Below are positions 42,781 through 51,573 of a stretch of DNA of 64,000 nucleotides, in pieces. The notes under the pieces were generated by a model that was not told the origin of the DNA, searched no databases, and saw nothing but the letters and a program-made list of their open reading frames with translations. Position numbers and translations under genes: made by a program. Source of the stretch: an uncultured Candidatus Rokubacteria bacterium (GTDB lineage: Bacteria > Methylomirabilota > Methylomirabilia > Rokubacteriales > CSP1-6); assembly GCA_963771355.1 (NCBI GenBank), contig CAVYTA010000005.1:928001-992000 (forward strand), in the 5' to 3' direction. Numbering within the stretch: position 1 is the first letter of the stretch; every line of letters starts with the position of its first letter.

Positions 42781-44019
42781 ATGAACCAGCCAATGAAGCA
42801 GATGGATAGACACCAGCGGCTCCAGCTCTTGACCGAGTCTGCCACCGGCGATCGCGAGCATGGCCTGCCCGGCAAGGGGCGCTTCACCGAAGGTCCGGTG
42901 GGCATCCGCAATGTGCGGGTCCCCGGCCGCGGCACCACCACCCTGATGCGGGTGATGCAGACGAATGCCTGCTCCCTGTCCTGCGGCTATTGCCCGACGT
43001 TCTGCGGCGGCAAGGTCAAGCGCACGGCTCTGGCCCCGGAGGAGGTCGCGCGGACCTTCATGGAGGCCAATCGCGCGGGCCTGGCCAACGGCCTCTTCCT
43101 CACCTCCGGCGTGCCGGGACGACCCGAGCGCGCGATGGACCGGATGCTGGACGCGGTGCATATCCTCAGGCGCCGCGAGGGCTTCGCGGGCTACGTCCAC
43201 CTCAAGATGCTGCCGGGCGCCCAGGCGGATCAGGTGCGTGAGGCCACGCGACTGTGCGATCGCGTCTCCATCAACCTGGAGGGCCCGCGCGCCGACGTCG
43301 TGCGACGGCTCGCGAAGGAGAAGGACCTCGATGGCGATCTCATCCCCAAGCTCGAGCTGGCCGGCCGCCTCTCGCGCGAGGGGCGGCTCGAGGGCCGGCC
43401 GGACCGCCCCGCCCCGATGGGGACCACGACCCAGTTCGTGGTCGGCGCGCAGGGCGAGCGGGATCGGGAGATCCTCGGCCTCGTCGGCCGTCTCGAAGGC
43501 CAGGGCCTGCTGCACCATGCGCACTTCAGTGCCTTTCAGCCGGTGGCGGGCACGCCGATGGAGGGCCTGGCACCCACGCCGGCCGTGCGTGAGTTCCGCC
43601 TCTATCAGGCCGAGCACCTGCTGCGCCAGTACCGCTTCCGCTTCGAGGAGCTCGTCTTCGAGGCGGACGGCAATCTTCCGCTCGAGCACGATCCCAAGAC
43701 GGCCTGGGCCCTCGCGCATCCCGCGGAGTTTCCCCTGGACGTCGGGCGGGCGTCGTTCGACCGGCTGCTGCGCGTGCCCGGCATCGGCCCCCGGGCGGCG
43801 GAGCGGCTGGTGGCCGAACGGCGGGGGGTGGTGTTCCGCGGCGCGAGCGATCTGCGCCGGCTCGGCGTCGACACCGCGCGCGCGGGCTATTTCCTCATTC
43901 TGGGCGGGCGCCGGCTCGCGCGCGAGCAGCCACCGCTCCAGCGGCCGCTCTTTGCCGACGGGGGCCATCTGCCCTCCGTGGTCTGGAAGACGGCCGTGCC
44001 CCCCTGCGCCTATCGCTAG
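42781..44019 (+). CDS. Putative DNA modification/repair radical SAM protein with HhH domain
   Basis: TNACSLSCGYC, GLFLTSG, GYVHLK, RLYQAE.LLR.Y.F, DPK..WAL, LLRVPGIG. Confidence 0.87.
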   Translation: MNQPMKQMDRHQRLQLLTESATGDREHGLPGKGRFTEGPVGIRNVRVPGRGTTTLMRVMQTNACSLSCGYCPTFCGGKVKRTALAPEEVARTFMEANRAGLANGLFLTSGVPGRPERAMDRMLDAVHILRRREGFAGYVHLKMLPGAQADQVREATRLCDRVSINLEGPRADVVRRLAKEKDLDGDLIPKLELAGRLSREGRLEGRPDRPAPMGTTTQFVVGAQGERDREILGLVGRLEGQGLLHHAHFSAFQPVAGTPMEGLAPTPAVREFRLYQAEHLLRQYRFRFEELVFEADGNLPLEHDPKTAWALAHPAEFPLDVGRASFDRLLRVPGIGPRAAERLVAERRGVVFRGASDLRRLGVDTARAGYFLILGGRRLAREQPPLQRPLFADGGHLPSVVWKTAVPPCAYR

Positions 44020-44063
44020 CGTCGGCGCGAGGCCGACCGCCTACAATGGCCGCGAGTCCCAGC

Positions 44064-44846
44064 ATGACGATCCAGACGGCCGGACGCGTCGCGCTCATCA
44101 CCGGAGCCTCGGCCGGCATCGGCGAGGCCACCGCGCGGGTGTTCGCGGACGCCGGCATGCGCCTGGCCCTCTGCGCGCGCCGGGCCGATCGCCTGGAGCG
44201 GCTCGCCGGTGAGCTGCGCGCGAGGGGAACCGAGGTCGCCGTCTTTCCCCTCGACGTGACCGACGCCGCGGCGGTGCGCGGGATGGTGGAGGCCGTGGCG
44301 GCCCGCTTCGGCGCCGTGGACGTGCTCGTCAACAACGCCGGCCGCGGGCTCGCCGCGAAATTCGAGGACACCACCGCCGAGGAATTCCGCGCGCTGCTCG
44401 AGCTGAATCTCCTCGCGGTCGTCACCGCCAGCCAGGCCGTGCTGCCGCTCATGCGCGGGCAGGGGCGAGGCCATATCCTGAACGTCTCCTCGATCGTGGG
44501 GCGCCGAAGCCTGCCCGGCCGCGCCGCCTACGCCGCGACGAAATTCGCGATGGTGGCGGTGAGCGAGTCGCTGCGCCTCGAGCTGCGCGGGAGCGGCGTG
44601 CACGTGAGCCTCGTGTATCCGATCTACACGGTGACCGAGTTCCACGACGTGGAGACCCAGCGCTTCCGGCTTCGGCGCCGGGGTCCGGTGCAGACCGCCG
44701 AGCAGGTCGCGCGGGCCATGCTTCGCTGCGTCCGGCGCCCGCGCGCCGAGGTGTATCCCTACCGCCCGGCGCGTCTCCTCGCCGGCTTCGCCGCCATGTT
44801 CCCCGGCCTCCTGGACCGCATGATGGGCCGCGTGCTCACGAGATAG
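44064..44846 (+). CDS. Short-chain dehydrogenase/reductase
   Basis: TGASAGIG, NNAG, YAATK. Confidence 0.9.
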   Translation: MTIQTAGRVALITGASAGIGEATARVFADAGMRLALCARRADRLERLAGELRARGTEVAVFPLDVTDAAAVRGMVEAVAARFGAVDVLVNNAGRGLAAKFEDTTAEEFRALLELNLLAVVTASQAVLPLMRGQGRGHILNVSSIVGRRSLPGRAAYAATKFAMVAVSESLRLELRGSGVHVSLVYPIYTVTEFHDVETQRFRLRRRGPVQTAEQVARAMLRCVRRPRAEVYPYRPARLLAGFAAMFPGLLDRMMGRVLTR

Positions 44847-45250
44847 CGGCGGAGCGGCTTCCAGTAAAAGGCCACCCAGCCGCTGGCATAGCGGTCTGCC
44901 TGCGCCGCCGGGACGTCCGAGTGAAACATGGTGAGCCGGGTGCCCTTCCCGTCCGGCTCCAGCCGGATCTCGAGCCGCGAGTCCGGCGTCTCCTTGGGCC
45001 ACTCCGTAGTCCGCCAGGTCTGTAACCACCCGCGTCCCGGCCACATGCCGAGCACCTTGCCCTGGATATAGCCGTCGTAGGCGGTCATCGGGCCGCCGAC
45101 GAAGCGGGGGATCTGAGCCGGGGATCCCGTGAACTCGGTATGTCGCTTCGCCTCCGCCAGGGCGGCGTAAACGACCTTGGGCGGAGCGGGAAGGCGAACC
45201 GACTGTCGAATCGTTCGAGTCTTCGGAGCCGGTCGAGCGGGTCTGGCCAT
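44759..45250 (-). CDS. SRPBCC/AHA1 domain protein
   Basis: VYAAL, FTGSPA, YDGYIQG, QTWR..EW, GW..FYW. Confidence 0.8.
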   Translation of the reverse strand: MARPARPAPKTRTIRQSVRLPAPPKVVYAALAEAKRHTEFTGSPAQIPRFVGGPMTAYDGYIQGKVLGMWPGRGWLQTWRTTEWPKETPDSRLEIRLEPDGKGTRLTMFHSDVPAAQADRYASGWVAFYWKPLRRYLVSTRPIMRSRRPGNMAAKPARRRAGR

Positions 45251-45260
45251 GGCGGGACTC

Positions 45261-46418
45261 CTAGCGGGTCCGGACATTGCGGATGGTGAAGTACAGGAGG
45301 AGATCGTAGACGATCTTGAGTCCGCCGCCGAGGAGGAACGGCGCCGACAGCGAGAGCGTCTGCATGATCCAGCCGGTCACGGCGGGGCTCACGGACTGGG
45401 CCACCGTGCGGGTCGTATTGGTGAGGGTGGCGGCGTGCTCCCGCTCCTGGTCCTCCACCGCCAGCATGAGGAAGGTCTGCCGCGTCGGTAAGTCCATCTG
45501 GGAGAGGAGGTGCCGGGCGAGGAGCAGGGTCACCGCCACCCACAGGGTGGGCGCCAGCGCGAGGGCGATGAGCAGCACGTTGGAGATGAGGTGGGAGAAG
45601 ACCATGGTATTGACCAGGCCCAGCCGCGGGGCCAGCCGCGCGGCTAGCAGCAGCGAGAGCCCGGAGAGAATCTGCGTGCCGAAGAAGATCCAGCCCAGCG
45701 TTCCCAGCGCGAGGTCGAAGCGCGTGTAGAACCAGTAGGTCACCAGGCTCTGGATGACGAAGCCGCCGGCGAAGGAGTCCAGCGCGAACAGCGCGGCGAT
45801 GCGGCGGACGAGCGAGCGCGACGGCGTAGTGTGGCGCGCCCGCGTGGCGGCGGCCACGGGCGGGGTGGGACGCATCAGCCCATAGGCGGCGAGCTGGACC
45901 AGGCCGCCCACGAGGAAGAGCGCGAAGACCCAGGTGGGCGAGCCGGTAAGGCGCGTCACCAGCGCGGCGCCGAGCCCCGAGGCCACGTACCCGGTGAGGT
46001 TGTAGAGGCTGAGCGCGCGCGTGAGCCCGTCGCGCGTGCTCGCGCGCGTCACCGCCACCTGCTCGAGGGCCAGGAATGGCCCGCTCTCCCCGGTGCCGAC
46101 GGCGAGGTTGCCCAGCATGGCAGCCACCACCACCAGCCATGGGCTCCGCGCGGTGAGGAAGAGGAGCGCCGAGAGCACGATGAGCGCGGCGAGGCCGAGG
46201 AGCGCCGTCCGCGGGCCCCAGCGCTGAGCGGGCCGCCGCACGGCCACGGTCAGGGCCGCGCTCGAGAGGAGAGCCAGCGTCACCGCGACACCCAGGCCCC
46301 GCGCATCGAGCCCCAGCTCGGTCAGGTAAACCGGAAACAGGACCCCGAGCGAGCCATAGCAGAACGTGCGCGTGGTCTTGGCGATGAAGACGAGCCGGGC
46401 GTCACGGGCGAGGGGCAT
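45261..46418 (-). CDS. MFS transporter
   Basis: GPFLALEQ, LFALDSFAGG, NTMVFSHL, SQMDLPTRQ. Confidence 0.85.
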   Translation of the reverse strand: MPLARDARLVFIAKTTRTFCYGSLGVLFPVYLTELGLDARGLGVAVTLALLSSAALTVAVRRPAQRWGPRTALLGLAALIVLSALLFLTARSPWLVVVAAMLGNLAVGTGESGPFLALEQVAVTRASTRDGLTRALSLYNLTGYVASGLGAALVTRLTGSPTWVFALFLVGGLVQLAAYGLMRPTPPVAAATRARHTTPSRSLVRRIAALFALDSFAGGFVIQSLVTYWFYTRFDLALGTLGWIFFGTQILSGLSLLLAARLAPRLGLVNTMVFSHLISNVLLIALALAPTLWVAVTLLLARHLLSQMDLPTRQTFLMLAVEDQEREHAATLTNTTRTVAQSVSPAVTGWIMQTLSLSAPFLLGGGLKIVYDLLLYFTIRNVRTR

Positions 46419-46462
46419 GCGGGCCGACTGTGGGGGAGGGCTCGAAATCCGTCAAGGCCGCC

Positions 46463-46494
46463 TTGACAGGATAGCTCCTCAGGTGTTTAGTATA
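46463..46494 (+). promoter_or_regulatory. Sigma70-type promoter carrying a motif shared with 42733-42763
   Basis: TTGACA...CTCCTCAGGTGTTTAGTATA. Confidence 0.6.
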
Positions 46495-46528
46495 GGTACG
46501 GTAAAGGTACGCTGAAGGAGGTGTCCAC

Positions 46529-46801
46529 ATGACACTCGATCAACTTCTCCGGTCGGATCTCGGCCGGCTGCTGGACCGGATCGCGACCTGCGAGGGTGCC
46601 GGCCCGGCGGTGACGGCGCTGGATCCCGAAGGACGGAGGCGCATCGAGGAAGCCGAGGCCCGGCTGGCCGCGGCCCGGCTGCGACTGCTGGCCGAATACG
46701 AGGAATGGGAGCGGACCCTGGAGGCCTGCGCGGACCTCTGGGCGGTCTCGAGCCTCCGAGCCTCCGGATTGAACGGGATGCCGGACCAGCAGGCGGCCTA
46801 G
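46529..46801 (+). CDS. Hypothetical helical protein (90 aa)
   Basis: AAGGAGGT RBS and strong promoter upstream. Confidence 0.7.
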   Translation: MTLDQLLRSDLGRLLDRIATCEGAGPAVTALDPEGRRRIEEAEARLAAARLRLLAEYEEWERTLEACADLWAVSSLRASGLNGMPDQQAA

Positions 46802-47256
46802 CCGCCGATCAGGCGCCGCAGCCAGCCCTTGTCGGGCGAGGCGGCGCCCATTCGCGCCTCGACGAAGGCCATGCGCGCGGCGTCGAAGCGCTGCCAGTAG
46901 TCGGGGAGCCGCCGGGCCAGGAACACCTGGCCCAGCAGCGCGCGTGAGCGCGCGTCGTTCCCCCCCGCCTCGGCGGCGTCCATGGCGGCGCGGTCGGCGT
47001 CTGCGAGCCCTTCTCGAAGGGCGGTGCGGAGATGGGAGAGCAGGTCGCCCGACAAGGTCACCCATTCCGCGCGGTCCTGCGCGTTGTCCTCTGCCGGCGC
47101 GGGGCGTCCGGCTTTCTGGCGCACGCCCACCAGCAGCTCGAGCGCCGCCATCTCCGTGGCTTCCACGATCCGCTCGCCGAGCTGGGCCTCGATGCGCTCG
47201 GCGAGGTTGCGGGGATCCCCATGCTGATGGCCGAAGGCGCCCGGGCCCGTGGGCAT
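46798..47256 (-). CDS. Hypothetical protein
   Basis: Starts 2 nt after the upstream gene's stop; normal composition. Confidence 0.65.
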   Translation of the reverse strand: MPTGPGAFGHQHGDPRNLAERIEAQLGERIVEATEMAALELLVGVRQKAGRPAPAEDNAQDRAEWVTLSGDLLSHLRTALREGLADADRAAMDAAEAGGNDARSRALLGQVFLARRLPDYWQRFDAARMAFVEARMGAASPDKGWLRRLIGG

Positions 47257-47258
47257 GG

Positions 47259-48176
47259 CTAGCGGCCGCCCGGGCGTCCGGGGGAGAGCATGCGCCGGAG
47301 CCCCTGGTCCAGGGACTGCGGAACCAGGCGGAAGTCGGCGTAGAACGCCGCGGGATCGGTGACGCTTTCCTCCTCGAGCATGGTGAGCTGATCACTGCTG
47401 ATCGGATAGAACGGCAGCGCCTGGAGGATGCGCGTGGCGACGCGGACCGGTGCCAGCGGCACATGGACCTTTCGCACCGCGCGCCGGCCCAGCGCCGCGC
47501 CGATATGGTCCAGGATCTCGACGAACGGGTACGCCACGGGACCGGCCACCTCGTAGACTCGTCCGTCGCTCGCCGGGACCCGGAGCGCCCGCGCGAAGCC
47601 CTCCGCCACGTGCTCGACGGCGATCGGCTGGAGCCGGTAGCGGCCGTCGCCCAGTACGGGCACGGCGGGCAGGCGCTGCACCATTCCCGCGAGCATGGAC
47701 ACGAGCTCGTCGCCGGGTCCGAAGATGACGGACGGACGGAAGATCGTCCAGTCCAGCCCGCTGGCGCGTACCGCCTCCTCGGCGGCCCACTTGGTCCGGT
47801 GATAGCGGGAGCGCGCGTCGGGGCGCGCGCCCAGTGCGCTCATGTGGAGAAAGCGCGGCACCCCGGCCGCCTTCGCCAGCCGGAGCATGTTTTCCGTCGC
47901 ACGGGTGTGAAGAGCGTCGAAGGTGACGCCGCGCGCCCGGTGCTCGCGGATGACCCCCACGAGGTGGATGATGGCGGCGCAGTCCTCCACTGCGGGCGTC
48001 AGGCTCCCGGGCGCCAGCACGTTGCCGGGAGTGCGCTCGATGGCCTCGAAGCCCTTGAGGTCGCGCTCCGAGCCGGTGCGGACAAGCGCACGGACCAGGA
48101 AGCCGTGGGCCAGGAGCGCGCGGATGACAGACCTACCGACGAAGCCCGTGCCGCCGGTCACGAAGATGCGCTGCAT
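47259..48176 (-). CDS. NAD(P)-binding protein, complex I NDUFA9-like family
   Basis: VTGGTGFVG, HMSALGA, YHRTKW.AE, FRPSVIFG. Confidence 0.88.
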   Translation of the reverse strand: MQRIFVTGGTGFVGRSVIRALLAHGFLVRALVRTGSERDLKGFEAIERTPGNVLAPGSLTPAVEDCAAIIHLVGVIREHRARGVTFDALHTRATENMLRLAKAAGVPRFLHMSALGARPDARSRYHRTKWAAEEAVRASGLDWTIFRPSVIFGPGDELVSMLAGMVQRLPAVPVLGDGRYRLQPIAVEHVAEGFARALRVPASDGRVYEVAGPVAYPFVEILDHIGAALGRRAVRKVHVPLAPVRVATRILQALPFYPISSDQLTMLEEESVTDPAAFYADFRLVPQSLDQGLRRMLSPGRPGGR

Positions 48177-48243
48177 CTGCGCGGAATCGTAGCACGGATA
48201 AATCCCCGGCGCCTCCGCCGGGGCCGCTCGGTATCATGGGAAC

Positions 48244-50601
48244 ATGCGCGCGCTCGCGGGCGTCCTGGTCGTGCTCCTCGGCGGCCTTGCGCTCGCCGCC
48301 GCAGGACCGCCCGGCCTCGCGCGCGCCCAGGCGGCGCCGGACCTCTCGGCGCTGGACGAGGCGGCCCGCGACGCGTTCAACGCCGGCGACGTCCCCGGCG
48401 CAGTGATCGTGGTGGGCCAGGGCGACCGGGTGCTCTATCGCAAGGCCTTCGGCATGCGCAGCGTGGTGCCTCGCCTGGATCCGTTGACGCTGGACACCGT
48501 CTACGACGTGGCCTCGCTCACCAAGGTGCTGGCCACGCTGCCGGCCGTGCTCGCGCTCGTGGACGACGGCAAGGTCAGCCTGGACGCTCCGCTCGGCCGC
48601 TATCTCCACGAGTTCGGCGGGCCCGCCTTCCGTGAGGTGACGGTGCGGCGCGTGCTTATCCACAGCGCCGGCTTCCCCGATCTGCCCTCGCCCACCGCGA
48701 TTCCCCGCGGCTTTCCCGAGGCCGCGCGCCTGCTGGCCCGCGCCGATCTCCGTTACAACCCGGGCTCCACCTTCCACTACAGCGACACCGGCTTCATCCT
48801 GCTCGGCGAGCTGGTGCGGCGGGTGAGCGGCGAGCCCCTCGACCAGTTCATGCGTAAGCGCTTCTATGGTCCGCTCGGGATGAAGGACAGCACCTTCCGC
48901 CCGCCCACCGAGTGGAAGCCGCGTCTCGCGCCCACCGAGGTGCTCGGCTCGGGCATGCTCCGCGGCGTGGTCCACGACGGCAACGCGCGGCTCCTGGGGG
49001 GCGTGGCGGGGCACGCGGGACTCTTCTCCACCGCCGATGACGTCGCCCGCTTCTGCCGGATGCTCCTCCGGGGCGGGGAGCTGAACGGCAAGCGCTATCT
49101 CAAGGAAGCCTCCATCCGCGCCATGCTCGTCCCGCATCAGATCGGCGAGACCACCCGCGGGCTCGGCTGGGACATGTCCTCCGCCTACTCGCGCGCGCTG
49201 GGCTCATTCTTCCCGGTGGGTGCGGTGGGGCATACCGGCTTCACCGGCACCTCCATCTGGATGGATCCGGCCACCCGGGTGTATGTCGTCCTCCTCACCA
49301 ACCGCGTCCATCCCTATGGGAAGGGCAATGTGGTGGACCTGCGCCGTCGGGTGAGCGGGGTGGTGGGGGCCGCCTTCTTCGGCGTGAACGAGACGCCCCC
49401 GGCGGCGGCGGTGGTGCCCGAAGAGCCGTTACCCACGGCGCCCGCCGCGGAGCCCCCGACCCCACCGACGCACGCGACCCGTACGGGACTCGACCAGCTG
49501 GCGGCGCAGGGGTTCGCCCCGCTGGCCGGACGTTCGGTGGGACTCGTCACGAATCAGACCGGGGTGGACGCTCAGGGGCGACGCAATATCGACCTGATGG
49601 CCAATGCGCCGGGCGTCCGCCTGCGCGCCATCTTCTCCCCCGAGCACGGGCTGACCGGTCAGCTCGACGTCAATGTGCCGCACGGACGCGACGCCGCCAC
49701 CGGGTTGCCCGTGTGGAGCCTCTATGGCTCGGAGCGGCGGCCGTCCCCGGCCATGCTGGCCGGCGTCGACACGTTCGTGTTCGACATCCAGGACGTGGGA
49801 GCGCGCTACTACACCTATCTCACCACCCTCGTCTACATCCTCGAGGAGGGCGCCCGGCGCAATGTGCCGGTGATGGTGCTCGACCGGCCCAACCCCATCA
49901 CCGGGAAGTACGTGGAGGGGCCGCTCATGGATCCGGACCTGCGCTCGTTCACCTCCCCGCACACCATCCCCGTCCGCACGGGCATGACCATGGGCGAGTT
50001 CGCGCGGATGGTGGTGACGGAGCGGAAGCTCGCGGTGCCGCTCACCGTGATCCCGCTCGAGGGCTGGGCGCGCGAGCGCTGGTTCGACGAGACGGGGCTG
50101 CCCTGGGTGAACCCGTCGCCCAATATCCGGTCGCCGCAGCAGGCCCTGCTGTACTCGGGCATCGGGTTGCTGGAGGCCACCAATCTCTCGGTGGGCCGCG
50201 GCACCGACTGGCCCTTCGAGGTGATCGGGGCGCCCTGGATCGGCGATCCGGCTGGGCTGGCCGAAGCGCTCAACGCGCGTGGGCTGCCCGGGGTGGCCTT
50301 CGTGCCGGTGAGCTACACGCCCCTCAGCAGCGTGTTCGCCGGGCAGCCGCTGGGCGGCGTACGCTTCGTGGTGAAGGACCGGGAGGCGCTGCGGACGGTG
50401 ACGCTGGGGCTCGTGGTGGCCCGCGAGCTGATGGAGCGCTACCCGGCGAACTTCCGGCCGGCGGCCATCCAGAACCTGCTGGTCAACCGGTCCACCATCT
50501 GGGCTCTCCTGCGGAGGGAGCCGCTGACGCGCATCTGGAGCTGGGCTGACGCGGACCGCCCGAGCTTTCTCCAGCGCCGCGCGTCGTATCTCATCTACTG
50601 A
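48244..50601 (+). CDS. Serine hydrolase (beta-lactamase fold) fused to DUF1343/NamZ-like exo-N-acetylmuramidase
   Basis: SLTK, YSD, GHTGFTG; then VGLVTNQTG, SPEHG, DIQDVGARYYTY, LDRPNP, PSPN. Confidence 0.88.
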   Translation: MRALAGVLVVLLGGLALAAAGPPGLARAQAAPDLSALDEAARDAFNAGDVPGAVIVVGQGDRVLYRKAFGMRSVVPRLDPLTLDTVYDVASLTKVLATLPAVLALVDDGKVSLDAPLGRYLHEFGGPAFREVTVRRVLIHSAGFPDLPSPTAIPRGFPEAARLLARADLRYNPGSTFHYSDTGFILLGELVRRVSGEPLDQFMRKRFYGPLGMKDSTFRPPTEWKPRLAPTEVLGSGMLRGVVHDGNARLLGGVAGHAGLFSTADDVARFCRMLLRGGELNGKRYLKEASIRAMLVPHQIGETTRGLGWDMSSAYSRALGSFFPVGAVGHTGFTGTSIWMDPATRVYVVLLTNRVHPYGKGNVVDLRRRVSGVVGAAFFGVNETPPAAAVVPEEPLPTAPAAEPPTPPTHATRTGLDQLAAQGFAPLAGRSVGLVTNQTGVDAQGRRNIDLMANAPGVRLRAIFSPEHGLTGQLDVNVPHGRDAATGLPVWSLYGSERRPSPAMLAGVDTFVFDIQDVGARYYTYLTTLVYILEEGARRNVPVMVLDRPNPITGKYVEGPLMDPDLRSFTSPHTIPVRTGMTMGEFARMVVTERKLAVPLTVIPLEGWARERWFDETGLPWVNPSPNIRSPQQALLYSGIGLLEATNLSVGRGTDWPFEVIGAPWIGDPAGLAEALNARGLPGVAFVPVSYTPLSSVFAGQPLGGVRFVVKDREALRTVTLGLVVARELMERYPANFRPAAIQNLLVNRSTIWALLRREPLTRIWSWADADRPSFLQRRASYLIY

Positions 50602-50613
50602 GCGCGGCTGACC

Positions 50614-51573
50614 TCATGGGCGCTCGACCACGCGGGCGCCGCCCGGCACCCGGACCTGCCCTATCTGGCCGCGGGGCACGGTGACGGTGGCAGGGTCGCC
50701 GTCACTCATGTAGCGCTCCTCCCCCCGCTTGTCGAAGTGGCCGATCCAGTACCCGAGCTCGGCCTCGGTGGCCTGGATGCGCGGCAGGTGATAGAGGTCC
50801 AGCCCCCGCGCGTGCGGCGAGAGCGCGGCGCCCCCCGCCACCATCAGGACGGCATCGTGGCGGTAGGCGCTGCCGTTGAGCCCGCCCGAGATGGCCCAAC
50901 CGAGCTCCTTCGGGTAGGCGCCCATCGGAAGCGCGAGCGAGCGGAAGCGATAGCCGGGTAGGTGCTTCTGCACCCACTCCTGCGCCTCGAGGAGCTGCTT
51001 GCGCACGGTCGCCTCGTCGTACTTGGCCAGGTTGGCGTGCCACAGCGTGTGGTTGCCGATCTCGAAGCCCCGACTCTTGAGATAGGCGAGCTTCTTTCCT
51101 ACCAGATCCGGCTGATTGAAGAGCCGGTTCGGCGGGCTCGCCCCCGGCAGCACGAAGAAGGTCGCCGCCCGGCCAAAGCCCGGGTGGTCCTTCTCGAACT
51201 GCTCGAGGATGCCGACCGCGCAGTCGGGGTCCACCACCCAGTCGCCGTTCTTCTCGAGATAGCGGAACTGACCGGGCGAGGAGTCGTCGAAGGTGAGAAT
51301 CACGGGCGTGGTGCCCTTCGGCAGCGCGATGCGGCCGTCGAGGTAGTCGTTCAGGCTGACCAGCCGGTAGCCGCGCTCCCAGAGGCGCTGGAGGTCCCGC
51401 CGGAAGTTGTCCGGCGTGCGGGTCCAGCGCTCCTCGGGCAGGTCGATCTTGTGGTACTCGAGGATCATGACCCGGCCGAGCTCGTTGCTGGGCGGGTCTC
51501 CGGCGCCGACGGCCAGGGCCGAGAGCCCGAGCACCGCGGCCAGAGCGACGGCGAGCGGCGCGAAGCGCGTCAC
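50614..51573 (-). CDS. Polysaccharide deacetylase family protein
   Basis: ILEYH, LTFDD, EIGNHTLWH; GTGA overlap with upstream gene. Confidence 0.85.
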   Translation of the reverse strand: MTRFAPLAVALAAVLGLSALAVGAGDPPSNELGRVMILEYHKIDLPEERWTRTPDNFRRDLQRLWERGYRLVSLNDYLDGRIALPKGTTPVILTFDDSSPGQFRYLEKNGDWVVDPDCAVGILEQFEKDHPGFGRAATFFVLPGASPPNRLFNQPDLVGKKLAYLKSRGFEIGNHTLWHANLAKYDEATVRKQLLEAQEWVQKHLPGYRFRSLALPMGAYPKELGWAISGGLNGSAYRHDAVLMVAGGAALSPHARGLDLYHLPRIQATEAELGYWIGHFDKRGEERYMSDGDPATVTVPRGQIGQVRVPGGARVVERP

